A DNA stretch of 64,000 nucleotides from the NCBI GenBank assembly GCA_017650925.1, contig JAGCDY010000063.1, forward strand, positions 1,729-65,728, read 5' to 3'. A model generated the notes under the pieces. That model did no database searches. It saw nothing but the letters and a program-made list of their open reading frames with translations, and was not told where the DNA came from. This DNA is from a bacterium. GTDB taxonomy: Bacteria; Auribacterota; UBA3054. Numbering within the stretch: the stretch's first letter is position 1; each line of letters begins with the position of its first letter. Shown here piece by piece: positions 16,849 through 26,414 of the stretch. Position numbers and translations under genes: made by a program.

Positions 16849-19635
16849 ATGGCTACCACCAAAAAAGCTGCTCCCGCCAAGAAAGCCCCGAAGTACGTCT
16901 ATACTTTCGGCGCCGGCAAGGCGGAAGGTAACAAAGACATGAAGAACCTCCTAGGCGGCAAAGGCGCGAACCTCGCTGAAATGTGCTCCATCGGCCTGCC
17001 CGTCCCCGGCGGTTTCACTGTCACGACTGAATGCTGCACCGCTTATTTCGAAAACAAGGGCAAATACCCCTCCTGCCTGGCCGGCCAGGTCAAGGACGCC
17101 GTCGCCAAGATGGAGAAGGTCATGGGCAAGAAGTTCGGCGACAAGAAGAATCCTCTTCTGGTCTCCTGCCGTTCCGGCGCCCGTCAGTCCATGCCCGGCA
17201 TGATGGAGACCGTCCTTAACGTCGGTCTCTGCACCGAGACGATCCCTGGCCTCATCGCCAAGACCAACGAGCGTTTCGTTTATGACGCTTACCGCCGCCT
17301 GATCACCATGTACGCCGACGTCGTCATGGAGAAGGCCGAAGGCATCGAACCCGCCGACGGCGAAGGCATCCGCCGCCAGCTCGAGGGCATCATGGACGCC
17401 CTGAAGGAAAAGAAAGGCTACAAGAGCGACACGGATCTTACTTCCGAAGACCTGCAGTACCTCTGCAAAGAATACAAGGCCAAGATCAAAAAAGTCCTCG
17501 GCAAAGAGTTCCCCGACACCGCGGAAGCTCAGCTCTGGGGCGGCATCGGCGCCGTGTTCAAATCCTGGAACGGCAAGCGCGCCATCGCCTACCGCCGCAT
17601 CGAAGGCATCCCCGATGACTGGGGCACCGCCGTCAACGTGCAGGCCATGGTCTTCGGCAACATGGGTGAGACTTCCGCCACCGGCGTGGCCTTCTCCCGC
17701 AACCCCGCCACCGGCGAGCACAAGTTCTACGGTGAATGGCTGATCAACGCCCAGGGCGAAGACGTGGTCGCGGGCATCCGCACCCCGAACCCCCTGAACA
17801 AGGCCACCAAGAACGAACAGAACAAGCACATGAAGTCCCTCGAGGAAGCCATGCCGGCCGTTTACAAACAGCTCGACGGCATCCAGAAGAAGCTCGAGAA
17901 GCACTATCATGACATGCAGGACATCGAATTCACCATCGAGGACAAGCAGCTCTGGATGCTGCAGTGCCGCGTCGGCAAACGCACCGGCATGGCCGCCCTG
18001 AACATGGCCATCGACATGGTGAAGGAAAAACTGATCGACGAGAAAGAAGCCGTCATGCGTCTCAAACCCGCCCAGCTGGACGAACTGCTGCACCCCATCC
18101 TGGATCCCAGCGATGAGAAGAAAGCGGCCGTTATCGCCAAAGGCCTGCCCGCCGGTCCCGGCGGCGCCGTCGGCAAGATCTACTTCACGGCTGAAGCGGC
18201 CTGCGAAGCGGTCAAGAAGAACCCCAAGCAGCCCGTCATTCTGGTTCGTGAAGAAACGAACCCCGAGGACGTCGAAGGCATGCGCGTGGCCGCCGGCATC
18301 CTTACCGGCCGCGGCGGCATGACCAGTCACGCCGCTCTCGTGGCCCGCGGCTGGGGCAAGTGCTGCATCGTCGGCTGCGCCGACATTGACGTCAACACCG
18401 CCGCCAAGACCATGAAAGTCGCCGGCAAGACCTTCAAGGAAGGCGACGTCATCAGCCTGAACGGCTCCAAGGGCTACGTCTACGGCACCGCCGTCAAGAC
18501 CATGGACGCCTCCGAGAACCCCGCTCTCCAGAAATTCATGAAGCTGGTCGACAAGAACCGCAAGATGAAGATCAGGACCAACGCCGACAACCCCGCCGAC
18601 GCCGCCCAGGCCCTGAAGTTCGGCGCCGAAGGCATCGGCCTCTTCCGCACCGAGCACATGTTCTACGGCAAGAACTCCGAGAAGCCCCTCTTCCTGCTCC
18701 GCCAGATGATCCTGGCCAAGGACGTCAAGGAAAGGGAAGCCATCCTTGCCAAGCTGGGCGTCTACGTCAAAGCCAGTGTCAAGGACACCATGAAAGTCAT
18801 GAACGGCAAGCCCGTGGTCTTCCGTCTGCTGGATCCGCCTCTGCATGAATTCGTCCCGCAGGACGAGGCCAAGCAGAAAGAGCTGGCCGCCGCTCTGAAG
18901 ATCAACGTCAAGGAAGTCCGCGAGCGCGGCGAAGGCCTCCACGAGGTCAACCCCATGATGGGTCACCGCGGCGTCCGCCTGGGCGTCACCTATCCGGAAG
19001 TTTCCAAGATGCAGTTCAAGGCCATCTTCGAAGCCACCGCCGAGCTTCACAAGGAAGGCTTCAATCCGAAACCCGAGATCATGGTCCCCGTGACCTGCTC
19101 CGTCAACGAACTGAAGTTCCAGAAGAAGCTCTGCGACGAGGTCTTTGATCAGGTCAAGAAGGCCACCGGCGACAAGAAGCTCTCTTACATGTTCGGCACG
19201 ATGATCGAGATCCCGAGAGCCGCGCTCTTAGCCGACGAAATGGCTGAGGTCGCCGAGTTCTTCTCTTTCGGCACCAACGACATGACCCAGATGGGCTTCG
19301 GCTTCTCCAGAGACGACATCGGCGCCTTCATGGGCGACTATCTCGACAAGAAAATCCTGCCCGCCGACCCGTTCCAGACCCTGGACCAGGACGGCATCGG
19401 CCAGCTCGTTCAGATCGGCACCATGCTCGGCCGCGACACGCGCCCGAATCTGGAAGTCGGTATCTGCGGCGAGCACGGCGGCGACGCTGAATCCGTGAAG
19501 TTCTGCTACTTCAACGGCCTCGACTACGTCTCCTGCAGCCCCTTCCGCGTTCCTATCGCCCGCTTGGCCGCCGCTCAGGCCGCCATCGAGGAAGAAAGGG
19601 CCGCTAAGAAGTGCAAATGCGGGAAATGCAAATAA
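16849..19635 (+). CDS. ppdK: Pyruvate, phosphate dikinase
   Basis: 928 aa. N-terminal ATP-grasp region (LGGKGANLAEM), the phosphohistidine domain (GGMTSHAALVARGWG) and the C-terminal PEP-utilizing TIM barrel are all present. It has a Lys/Ala-rich N-terminal tail and a C-terminal CKCGKCK tail. Confidence 0.9.
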   Translation: MATTKKAAPAKKAPKYVYTFGAGKAEGNKDMKNLLGGKGANLAEMCSIGLPVPGGFTVTTECCTAYFENKGKYPSCLAGQVKDAVAKMEKVMGKKFGDKKNPLLVSCRSGARQSMPGMMETVLNVGLCTETIPGLIAKTNERFVYDAYRRLITMYADVVMEKAEGIEPADGEGIRRQLEGIMDALKEKKGYKSDTDLTSEDLQYLCKEYKAKIKKVLGKEFPDTAEAQLWGGIGAVFKSWNGKRAIAYRRIEGIPDDWGTAVNVQAMVFGNMGETSATGVAFSRNPATGEHKFYGEWLINAQGEDVVAGIRTPNPLNKATKNEQNKHMKSLEEAMPAVYKQLDGIQKKLEKHYHDMQDIEFTIEDKQLWMLQCRVGKRTGMAALNMAIDMVKEKLIDEKEAVMRLKPAQLDELLHPILDPSDEKKAAVIAKGLPAGPGGAVGKIYFTAEAACEAVKKNPKQPVILVREETNPEDVEGMRVAAGILTGRGGMTSHAALVARGWGKCCIVGCADIDVNTAAKTMKVAGKTFKEGDVISLNGSKGYVYGTAVKTMDASENPALQKFMKLVDKNRKMKIRTNADNPADAAQALKFGAEGIGLFRTEHMFYGKNSEKPLFLLRQMILAKDVKEREAILAKLGVYVKASVKDTMKVMNGKPVVFRLLDPPLHEFVPQDEAKQKELAAALKINVKEVRERGEGLHEVNPMMGHRGVRLGVTYPEVSKMQFKAIFEATAELHKEGFNPKPEIMVPVTCSVNELKFQKKLCDEVFDQVKKATGDKKLSYMFGTMIEIPRAALLADEMAEVAEFFSFGTNDMTQMGFGFSRDDIGAFMGDYLDKKILPADPFQTLDQDGIGQLVQIGTMLGRDTRPNLEVGICGEHGGDAESVKFCYFNGLDYVSCSPFRVPIARLAAAQAAIEEERAAKKCKCGKCK

Positions 19636-19656
19636 TCATTTATCAGGAGAAAATCC

Positions 19657-19881
19657 ATGAAAAACTTAAGCCTCTTATTCCTCGCGCTCTGCGCCTTCGC
19701 CATTTTCGGCTGCAAGACGGCTGAAAGCGAAGCTCCCGAAGCTCCCGCCGCCGAAACTCCGGCTGTGGAAGCTGAAGTCCAGCAGCCCGCGGCTCCGGAA
19801 ACTCCGGCTGCTCCGGCTGGCCAGACGATCCAGAAAAACGCGGACGGCACTTACACTCTTCAGATGACTGAAGTCAAGTAA
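19657..19881 (+). CDS. Small Pro/Ala/Glu-rich lipoprotein
   Basis: MKNLSLLFLALCAFAIFGC, a signal peptide plus lipobox. 74 aa. Followed by a hairpin. Confidence 0.4.
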   Translation: MKNLSLLFLALCAFAIFGCKTAESEAPEAPAAETPAVEAEVQQPAAPETPAAPAGQTIQKNADGTYTLQMTEVK

Positions 19882-19907
19882 GGTAAAATTCTGGACACTC
19901 AAAAAAA

Positions 19908-19931
19908 TAAAGGCGCCTTAATAGGCGCCTT
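19908..19931. terminator. Bidirectional rho-independent terminator between convergent genes
   Basis: Hairpin aaaggcgcc-ttaata-ggcgccttt. The minus-strand reading ends in a T-run (aaaaaaa on the plus strand). The stem overlaps the last codons of the RodA-like gene. Confidence 0.5.
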
Positions 19932-21012
19932 TATTCATTGCGTCGGCGTAGATGCTCTGCAGGACGCCCAGGGCGATCATGGTGCAGAGAAGCGACGAGC
20001 CTCCGTAAGAGAATAGGGGAAGGGGAACGCCGATGACAGGGAGCATCCCTGTGCACATCCCGACGTTCATTATGACGTGCGTCGCCAAAAGTACCGCTAT
20101 GCCGGTCGCGACCGTCACGCCGAAAAGGTCCCTGGCGCCGCGGGCGATCCTGAGGGCGGCCAGGATGAGAAAGAAATAAAGGCAGAGCAGAAGCACGGAG
20201 CCTATGAAGCCCCACTCTTCGCCGAAGACCGAAAAGATGAAGTCGGTGTGCCGTTCGGGCAGGAAATTCAGCTTGCTCATGCGCGATTCCCCGTAACCTC
20301 TGCCAAAAAGCATCCCGCTGCCAAGAGTCAGTTTCGACATCAGGGCGTGATAGCCGTAGCCCCAGGGGTCTCTTTCCGGATACCAGGTGAGCAGTATGCG
20401 CTGCTTCTGGTAATTTTTAATGAGGAACATCCAGACCGGCGGGAAAGCCGCGACCACGCCCAAAAAGGTCGTCAGTAAAAGCGAGAGCTTAGTGCCTGTC
20501 ACAAGGAACATGGCGACGACCACGGGGAAAAACGTCAGCATGGTCCCAAGGTCGGGCTGCAGCAGGATAAGCACCATGGGGATGGCCAGGATGCCGAAAG
20601 ACATCAGATAATATTTCCAGCTGTAGCGGTGTTCCTCAAAATCCGCGAAATAGCGTCCGAAAAGGAAAATCACGGCGATCTTGCAGAACTCCGACGGTTG
20701 TATCCCGAAAGAGCCGAAACCCAGCCAGGCTTTCGCTCCGTTGCGTTCCTGGCCTATTATGAGGACCATGAGAAGCGACAGCAGCGAGAAAGCGTAGATA
20801 ATGGTGGCGTAGTGATGGAAAAAAAGGTAGGGGATGAGGGAAACGGAGACCGCCAGGATTATCCCGATGAGAAGCCAGACGAGCTGGCGGGAAACGTAGT
20901 CGGACTGGTAGCCAAGGGAAGCGCTGTAAATGGCCAGAACGCCCGTAACGCAGAGCAGGATGGCCGGGACCCAGAGAAAATAGCAGATATGGTAGTGCCT
21001 GAGATCCCTCAT
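19918..21012 (-). CDS. SEDS-family peptidoglycan polymerase (RodA/FtsW)
   Basis: 364 aa with about 10 TM helices and conserved SEDS blocks (FQPSEF.K; PLPLFSYGGSS). Confidence 0.75.
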   Translation of the reverse strand: MRDLRHYHICYFLWVPAILLCVTGVLAIYSASLGYQSDYVSRQLVWLLIGIILAVSVSLIPYLFFHHYATIIYAFSLLSLLMVLIIGQERNGAKAWLGFGSFGIQPSEFCKIAVIFLFGRYFADFEEHRYSWKYYLMSFGILAIPMVLILLQPDLGTMLTFFPVVVAMFLVTGTKLSLLLTTFLGVVAAFPPVWMFLIKNYQKQRILLTWYPERDPWGYGYHALMSKLTLGSGMLFGRGYGESRMSKLNFLPERHTDFIFSVFGEEWGFIGSVLLLCLYFFLILAALRIARGARDLFGVTVATGIAVLLATHVIMNVGMCTGMLPVIGVPLPLFSYGGSSLLCTMIALGVLQSIYADAMNKGAY

Positions 21013-21590
21013 TTTCCTAAGGCTGAGACAACGTATTTCCCAAGGATGTCGGTCTCTATGTTGAGAGGATCGCCGACCTTTATGAATTTCAGCGAAGTGT
21101 TTTCAAAAGTGGCGGGAATAATGTGAAGCTGGATGTCCGGAACGGCGTAGGCGATCGTTAGGCTTATGCCGTTCACGGCTATGAAGCCTTTAGGTACGGC
21201 GTATTTCGTAAGTTCCGGGGGAAGCGTGAAACGCAGCACCATGTCCTGACCTTCCCTGTGGAAAGAGCGCAGGGGAACGCAGCAGTCGACGTGCCCTTCG
21301 ACGAAATGACCGCCCAGCCTGGTTGAGGGCGTGACGGCGCGCTCGAGATTTACGTTTGATCCGTATTTCAGGCCGCCCAAAGAGGTGCGTTTCAGAGTTT
21401 CCCCCTGGAGCTGGACCGTGAAGGAAACTTTGTCCGCTTTGACTACCGTCGTGCACACGCCTTCTATCGCCACGCTCTCGCCGAGCTTCAGTTCGCCGGC
21501 AAAAGGCGCATTTACGGTCAATTCGAGGACATTTCCCGTTCTTTTCGTTTCAAGGACCTGCCCTAAGGTCTCTACGATGCCTGTGAACAT
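21009..21590 (-). CDS. ribE: Riboflavin synthase alpha chain
   Basis: MFTGIVETLG, the canonical N-terminus, with duplicated lumazine-binding halves. The ORF-track start at 21605 adds 5 residues. Confidence 0.8.
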   Translation of the reverse strand: MFTGIVETLGQVLETKRTGNVLELTVNAPFAGELKLGESVAIEGVCTTVVKADKVSFTVQLQGETLKRTSLGGLKYGSNVNLERAVTPSTRLGGHFVEGHVDCCVPLRSFHREGQDMVLRFTLPPELTKYAVPKGFIAVNGISLTIAYAVPDIQLHIIPATFENTSLKFIKVGDPLNIETDILGKYVVSALGK

Positions 21591-22408
21591 AAATACTTGA
21601 GGCACTTCCCCACGGTCTCTTTAAGCTTTCCCCTGGGGGATATGATGTCGATCTGGCCGTGCTCCAGAAGGAATTCCGCGGTCTGGAAGCCCTCCGGAAG
21701 ATCCTGGCGGATGGTCTGCTTGATCACTCGTCCGCCGGCGAAGCCGATCATGGCTTTCGGTTCGGAAATGATAATGTCGCCGAGCGTCGCGAAACTGGCG
21801 GTCGTTCCTCCGTAGGTGGGGTTGGTCAGAATGACTATGTAGGGGACGTGCGCGTTCTTCAGTTTCCCGATGGCGGCGGCGGTCTTGGCCATCTGCATGA
21901 GGCCGATTATGCCCTCGTGCATCCTAACGCCGCCCGAGGCGGTGACGACGACAAGGGGAATTTTCTTTTCCAGGGCCAGTTCGGCCGCCCTGGTAATTTT
22001 TTCGCCGACCGCCGAGCCGATGGAGCCGCCCATGAAATCGAAATTCATCACGGCCAGCACGATCTCCTGACCGTCTATTTTGCCGGTGCCGGTTATGACG
22101 GCCTCGGGTTCGCCGGTCTTCTCACGGTTCTCGGCGTGCTTTTCGGGGTAGGGTTTGCCGTCGCTGAATTCGAGAGGGTCTCCGGAAACGAGCGAATGGT
22201 CGAATTCAAGAAAGGAATCCTCGTCGCAGAGACAGTAGATCCTGTCGGCTATGGGAAGCTTGTAATGGAAGCCGCACTTCGGGCAGACTTCAAAGGCCTC
22301 GGTCAGCTTCTTGGAGTATATTATCTCCCCGCAGCCAGAGCATTTTGTCCAAAGCCCGTCAGGGATAACTCTGCGCTTTTTGCGCAAGCGGGAAAAATTA
22401 TTAATCAA
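21572..22408 (-). CDS. accD: Acetyl-CoA carboxylase carboxyltransferase subunit beta
   Basis: N-terminal zinc ribbon (CSGCGEIIYSKKL...CPKCGFH) and a carboxyltransferase domain (GGSMGSAVGEKI). Confidence 0.85.
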   Translation of the reverse strand: MINNFSRLRKKRRVIPDGLWTKCSGCGEIIYSKKLTEAFEVCPKCGFHYKLPIADRIYCLCDEDSFLEFDHSLVSGDPLEFSDGKPYPEKHAENREKTGEPEAVITGTGKIDGQEIVLAVMNFDFMGGSIGSAVGEKITRAAELALEKKIPLVVVTASGGVRMHEGIIGLMQMAKTAAAIGKLKNAHVPYIVILTNPTYGGTTASFATLGDIIISEPKAMIGFAGGRVIKQTIRQDLPEGFQTAEFLLEHGQIDIISPRGKLKETVGKCLKYLCSQAS

Positions 22409-22428
22409 TTTCGACCTCGGGAAGAGAG

Positions 22429-22512
22429 TGCCGAGGGCCGGACTCGAACCGGCACGTGCAAAAGCACAAGGGATTTTAAATCCCTGGCGTCTACCAATTC
22501 CGCCACTTCGGC
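22429..22512 (-). tRNA. tRNA-Leu (anticodon UAA)
   Basis: The reverse complement reads GCCGAAGTGGCGGAATTGGTAGACGC...TTTAAAA anticodon loop...GGTTCGAGTCCGG...CTCGGCA. Long variable arm (type II). Confidence 0.85.
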
Positions 22513-22531
22513 ATGTTTATGATAGATTTTT

Positions 22532-22607
22532 TGGAGGCGGCGATCGGAATCGAACCGATGAATGAAGGTTTTGCAAACCTTTGCCTTAGCCACTTGGCTA
22601 CACCGCC
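22532..22607 (-). tRNA. tRNA-Cys (anticodon GCA), CCA encoded
   Basis: The reverse complement reads GGCGGTGTAGCCAAGTGG...anticodon loop TTGCAAA...GGTTCGATTCCGATCGCCGCCTCCA. Confidence 0.85.
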
Positions 22608-22655
22608 TTTTTTTCAGAATTGTGTCAGTTATGCTACCAAAACCGGCCTTCAAAG

Positions 22656-23684
22656 TCAATGCTTAGGGGGCCGCGTTCCCTTCTGGATGGAGACTTTGAC
22701 CTCCGGGGGATCGATGGATTTTATGCGGCCGACCCTGGACTGCATGACCTTGACGGGAAGGGTGTATTCGGAGGGCGCGAGGTTGGAGATGTCGACGAAG
22801 GCCTTGACTTCCTTGGCGTCGAAGTCGCCGACGTCGTCGACTGGCACTTCCATGGTGATGTCGACTGTTGAGGGGGTGAAGACGGCCTCGCGGTCGCCCT
22901 GGCTGATGCCGAAGCGCTCGACGGCGACCTTTTCAAGCGAAATGACTTTGGGGGCGTGGCTGATGTCCAGCTTCACCCTGACGTTCCTGGTGTGAGTCTC
23001 GATTTTTTCCGGAACGACGACCGAGCAGAAAGTGTCCAAGTCTTTTTTGACGCCTTCCACGCTCAGAGCTTCGGTCGCCACGCTCTCCAACTTCGAGATC
23101 AGCGCCAGGGGGCCCCTGACGGTCACAAAGGAGGGCGTGATGTTTGTGGCGCCGACCGTGTAGCCGTCGCCGGGCGTACCCTTGATGTCGACCACCACAG
23201 GCAGGCTGCGGTCGCTTATGGTGTCTATGACCGCTTTCAGCCGCTTGGGCTCGACGTCTATCACTTTGAATTTGTTCTTGAAATCCTGGGGGCCGAGATA
23301 GCGGGCCATGGAGGGCTTCAGTTCCAGGGCCGGGATGATATTGTGCTGGCTCTCGCTGGAAAAGTCGAGCATCAGGGAGAAATCGTCGGAGCGCAGAAGG
23401 TCGCGGTCCTTTTTCGCGCAGAGGACCGTCAGGGTGACCATGCTCATCTCCTCGGTCGAGTTGGTGAGGCAGGTGAAGGCCGTGAATTTCTCGGGATCGC
23501 TGACGTTGCAGAGGACCTCGGCGTCCATGGTGAACTCTTCCGAGCCGTTCAGCTTGTAGCGTCCCCATAGGAAAAGGGAAAGCCCGATGGATATGAGGAT
23601 GACCGTCGTCAGCCTTGTGCCTTTGAATTGATTGAGCTTGAAGTCTGCCATAAATTTATTTCTCGTAGGTGAGATACGGTTCAA
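22656..23684 (-). CDS. YbbR-like domain protein (CdaR-like)
   Basis: N-terminal TM helix followed by repeated beta-rich YbbR-like segments. Overlaps the exosortase gene end by 29 nt; the start may instead be the Met at 23651. Confidence 0.5.
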   Translation of the reverse strand: MNRISPTRNKFMADFKLNQFKGTRLTTVILISIGLSLFLWGRYKLNGSEEFTMDAEVLCNVSDPEKFTAFTCLTNSTEEMSMVTLTVLCAKKDRDLLRSDDFSLMLDFSSESQHNIIPALELKPSMARYLGPQDFKNKFKVIDVEPKRLKAVIDTISDRSLPVVVDIKGTPGDGYTVGATNITPSFVTVRGPLALISKLESVATEALSVEGVKKDLDTFCSVVVPEKIETHTRNVRVKLDISHAPKVISLEKVAVERFGISQGDREAVFTPSTVDITMEVPVDDVGDFDAKEVKAFVDISNLAPSEYTLPVKVMQSRVGRIKSIDPPEVKVSIQKGTRPPKH

Positions 23685-25719
23685 GTTCGTTTATGAGCTC
23701 CTTGATGCGCGCCGCGCCGTCGTCGTAGCTTTCATTTTCGAGCACGGGGTCCGAGAAGCGGATGAAGGCCCAGCGGTCGCCCAGCCCCTTGAAGACCAGA
23801 TCCAGCGTCGTCTTGAAGGGCAGCCACATGTATTTTCTCGTGGCGTAAAGGCTCGGGGAAGCGTTGTGCAGCTTGTGGTCGCACTGGTACCAGTAGATGA
23901 TAGTCTCCCTGATGTTCGCCTGGATGAAGCTGACGTCCATCCTGGCGGCGTCGAAGGAAGTCTCGCCCAGAGTGAGCGGGAAGTCCGTGGGCTCGTCGAT
24001 GGTCCAGCCCTGGCTGGGGAAGCAGGCTTCCGGAGCGTGGATAGAGTGATGGTCCTTGTCGTTCTGGACGATCGCCAGCATGGGCGATTCCGGAGCGCGG
24101 TGCATTTGCACGAGCTGGATGAGAGCGAAGCCGCGGATAAGCTGCGTCTGCTGTCTTACCCTCATCATATCCTCACCCGTCTTGGCTTCCTTGGCCTTCA
24201 TAACGATGTTGGAGCGCCAGAAGCTGGCGGACATGACCAGCTGCGTGGCGCTGACCCCGTCGAAGGGCGTTTTGGAATCAATGTCCCTGATGGCCTGGTA
24301 GCGCTCTTCGTCTTTCGCGGTGTTCGAGAAAAGCTTGTTCATGACCGAGTCGTAGGAAGCGCAGAGCTTTTTGGGCACATAGTAGGCCCTGAAGTAGACC
24401 GTGTCCTCCGGCAGCTCTTTCAGTTCCAGTTCCGAGACCGGAACGGGGATGGCTATCCTGCTTTCCGTCTGCAAAGGGATGTTGGTGATTATAGGCAGCA
24501 TTTTCACGGTAAGCCCGTCGCCAGTCACCATGTAGGGGATAGTGGCGTAGGCCAGCCCCGGCGTATAGCGGATGTTCTCCTTGACTTTGCCGGCCAAAAA
24601 CAGAGTGATCAAGGTTAAGGCAAGAACGACAAGCGCGTGCTTCCAGATCTTGGCGTAATAGGGGGAGGCCTGTCCTTCGTCGAAGTCCTCGCGGACGTCT
24701 TCTTCGGGAGGAGGCGTTTCGCCTCTGCTTTTCGCTTCTTTCTCGGCCTGCTTTCTGGCTTTCTTTTCCGCCGCCAGCTGCCTTTCCACGCCCGGCAGCC
24801 TTTCAAGTATCGAACAAGCGACGAAGATCATGATGAAGCCCAGGGTGTAGACGACGACGCCGGGATATTCGTGGAAGGCGCCGAAAGCCACGTTGCGTCC
24901 CCAGCCCTCGCTGAGGTTCAGCTTGTGCTCGAGGAAAGTGAAGAACGAGCCGCAGTAGGCGATCAGGACGATCCTCAAGGAATTGTTCAGGACCGCTATG
25001 GGCGCTATGAGAAGGACCATTACGATCCGTTTCCACCAGGTCTTCAGATAGAAGTAGGCCATGACGAGGCAGAGAACGCTCGTCATGATAAGGGACTGAA
25101 GACCGCTGCAGGGCGCGGCCACGTCGAACTGCACGTCGGGAACGTTGACAAGGGAGACATTAGTGCCCTGGCGTATGACCTGGATGTTCCAAAGTTTGCC
25201 GGTAAAGTTGATGAAGCGGCAGGCGATGTCCGTGGAGTGTATCCTCAGGTGCGTCGAAATGATGCTGCTGCCCAAGCCCCACTGCACGGAGAATAGCATG
25301 ATGAAGAGCGGGAAGATGGCGAAAGAGGCCATTTTCCAGCCGCCCAGATAGAGAATAGCCGCCCAGAAGCAGAAGAGGCAGAAGACGGTCTGCGCCGCGT
25401 TGAAGTCCGCTCTCTTCAAGCCCAGCGTGCAGGCGAACCCGAAGATCAGGAAAACGAGGCCGAAGTAGGAGACGGCCTTGCTGGCGGCTTTCATGCTCTT
25501 CCTGGCCGCGAACAGGAGCCAGGCACTGCCCAAAAATATGATGAGGCCGTTGGAGTTGTAGCCGTGCTGGCTGTTCCAGCTCTGGTAAGTTCTCAGAAGG
25601 GGATAGCGGTAAAGTACGAAAAAGGCCACGGCCGCCAAAACGAGGGCGGCGATCGTCACCATCCTGTAACGCCTGTTCTGTTCGTGCATTTTTGTGAAGT
25701 CGGGATATTCTTCCATCAT
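23656..25719 (-). CDS. Exosortase (EpsH/Xrt family) fused to a C-terminal EpsI-like domain
   Basis: Polytopic N-terminal half with the exosortase active-site Cys motif (DVAAPCSGLQSL) and the conserved NNSLRI Arg motif. The C-terminal ~370 aa soluble domain resembles EpsI. Confidence 0.7.
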   Translation of the reverse strand: MMEEYPDFTKMHEQNRRYRMVTIAALVLAAVAFFVLYRYPLLRTYQSWNSQHGYNSNGLIIFLGSAWLLFAARKSMKAASKAVSYFGLVFLIFGFACTLGLKRADFNAAQTVFCLFCFWAAILYLGGWKMASFAIFPLFIMLFSVQWGLGSSIISTHLRIHSTDIACRFINFTGKLWNIQVIRQGTNVSLVNVPDVQFDVAAPCSGLQSLIMTSVLCLVMAYFYLKTWWKRIVMVLLIAPIAVLNNSLRIVLIAYCGSFFTFLEHKLNLSEGWGRNVAFGAFHEYPGVVVYTLGFIMIFVACSILERLPGVERQLAAEKKARKQAEKEAKSRGETPPPEEDVREDFDEGQASPYYAKIWKHALVVLALTLITLFLAGKVKENIRYTPGLAYATIPYMVTGDGLTVKMLPIITNIPLQTESRIAIPVPVSELELKELPEDTVYFRAYYVPKKLCASYDSVMNKLFSNTAKDEERYQAIRDIDSKTPFDGVSATQLVMSASFWRSNIVMKAKEAKTGEDMMRVRQQTQLIRGFALIQLVQMHRAPESPMLAIVQNDKDHHSIHAPEACFPSQGWTIDEPTDFPLTLGETSFDAARMDVSFIQANIRETIIYWYQCDHKLHNASPSLYATRKYMWLPFKTTLDLVFKGLGDRWAFIRFSDPVLENESYDDGAARIKELINELEPYLTYEK

Positions 25720-26414
25720 CTGTTCTCGATCTCTTTTAAAATATCTTTCATGGCGCCCGCCGGACTATTCGCTTCCGTAATGGGCCTGCCGACCACGATA
25801 TAGTTGGCGCCGTCATCGATCGCCTCGGCCGGCGTTTTGATCCTTTTCTGGTCGTTGACGGCCGCCCATTTGGGGCGGATGCCGGGAGTCACGATAAGAA
25901 AATCAGGCCCGCAGCATTCCCTGATGGCCTTGATCTCTTTGGGGGAGCAGACCACGCCGTCCACGCCGCTTTCCTTTGCGATCATTGCCAAACTCTTCAC
26001 CTGCTCGAGCACGCTTTTCTCTACGCCCAGTTCTTTTTGCAGCGTTTCCTCGTCGATGGAGGTCAGGACGGTCACCGCCAGGATCTTCGTTTTGGAACCG
26101 GATTCCTTTACGCCTTCCACGGCGGCTTTCAGCATGGCGCTGCCGCCGGAGGCGTGCACGGTCAGAAGTTCCGCGCCTAAAAGCCCGGCATTCTTGGCGG
26201 CTTTTTTAACTGTGTTGGGGATGTCGTGCAGCTTCAGATCCAGCATGACTTTGCCGCCGGACGCGATAACTTCCTTTACGATGTCGGGGCCGAAGCCCAC
26301 GAACATTTCCAGGCCGAGTTTAAAGATGCCGCCGTAAGGGGCGAGCTGCTTGATGAGCGAACGCATCGCTTCGCGGTCGCTGACGTCGAGAGCGGTTATA
26401 ACAGGGTTGGTCAT
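25716..26414 (-). CDS. pyrF: Orotidine 5'-phosphate decarboxylase
   Basis: ALDVSD...KLG.E...DLKLHDIPNTV motifs, with the catalytic Lys/Asp pattern. Confidence 0.85.
   Translation of the reverse strand: MTNPVITALDVSDREAMRSLIKQLAPYGGIFKLGLEMFVGFGPDIVKEVIASGGKVMLDLKLHDIPNTVKKAAKNAGLLGAELLTVHASGGSAMLKAAVEGVKESGSKTKILAVTVLTSIDEETLQKELGVEKSVLEQVKSLAMIAKESGVDGVVCSPKEIKAIRECCGPDFLIVTPGIRPKWAAVNDQKRIKTPAEAIDDGANYIVVGRPITEANSPAGAMKDILKEIENR

Noticed and set aside
16951-19050. 699-aa ORF antisense to ppdK. Similar long antisense ORFs lie at 27549..29021, 6939..8165, 22933..23570, 29397..30545, 56318..57706, 61288..62406, 31246..32085, 33158..33799 and 12940..13509.
   Set aside because: These are typical shadow ORFs in high-GC coding DNA: Gly/Arg/Ala/Asp-rich with no domain signatures. 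The opposite strand carries strongly supported genes in every case.
22409-22655. Possible integration hotspot or genomic island at the tRNA-Leu/tRNA-Cys pair, and likewise at tRNA-Ser 37707 and tRNA-Pro 62579.
   Set aside because: No integrase, recombinase or direct repeats of the tRNA 3' ends were seen nearby. The flanking genes are housekeeping genes in operon arrangement.
22311-22659. ORFs 22311..22565 (+) and 22405..22659 (-) of 84 aa each.
   Set aside because: They lie entirely over tRNA-Leu and tRNA-Cys, and their translations are nonsense peptides.
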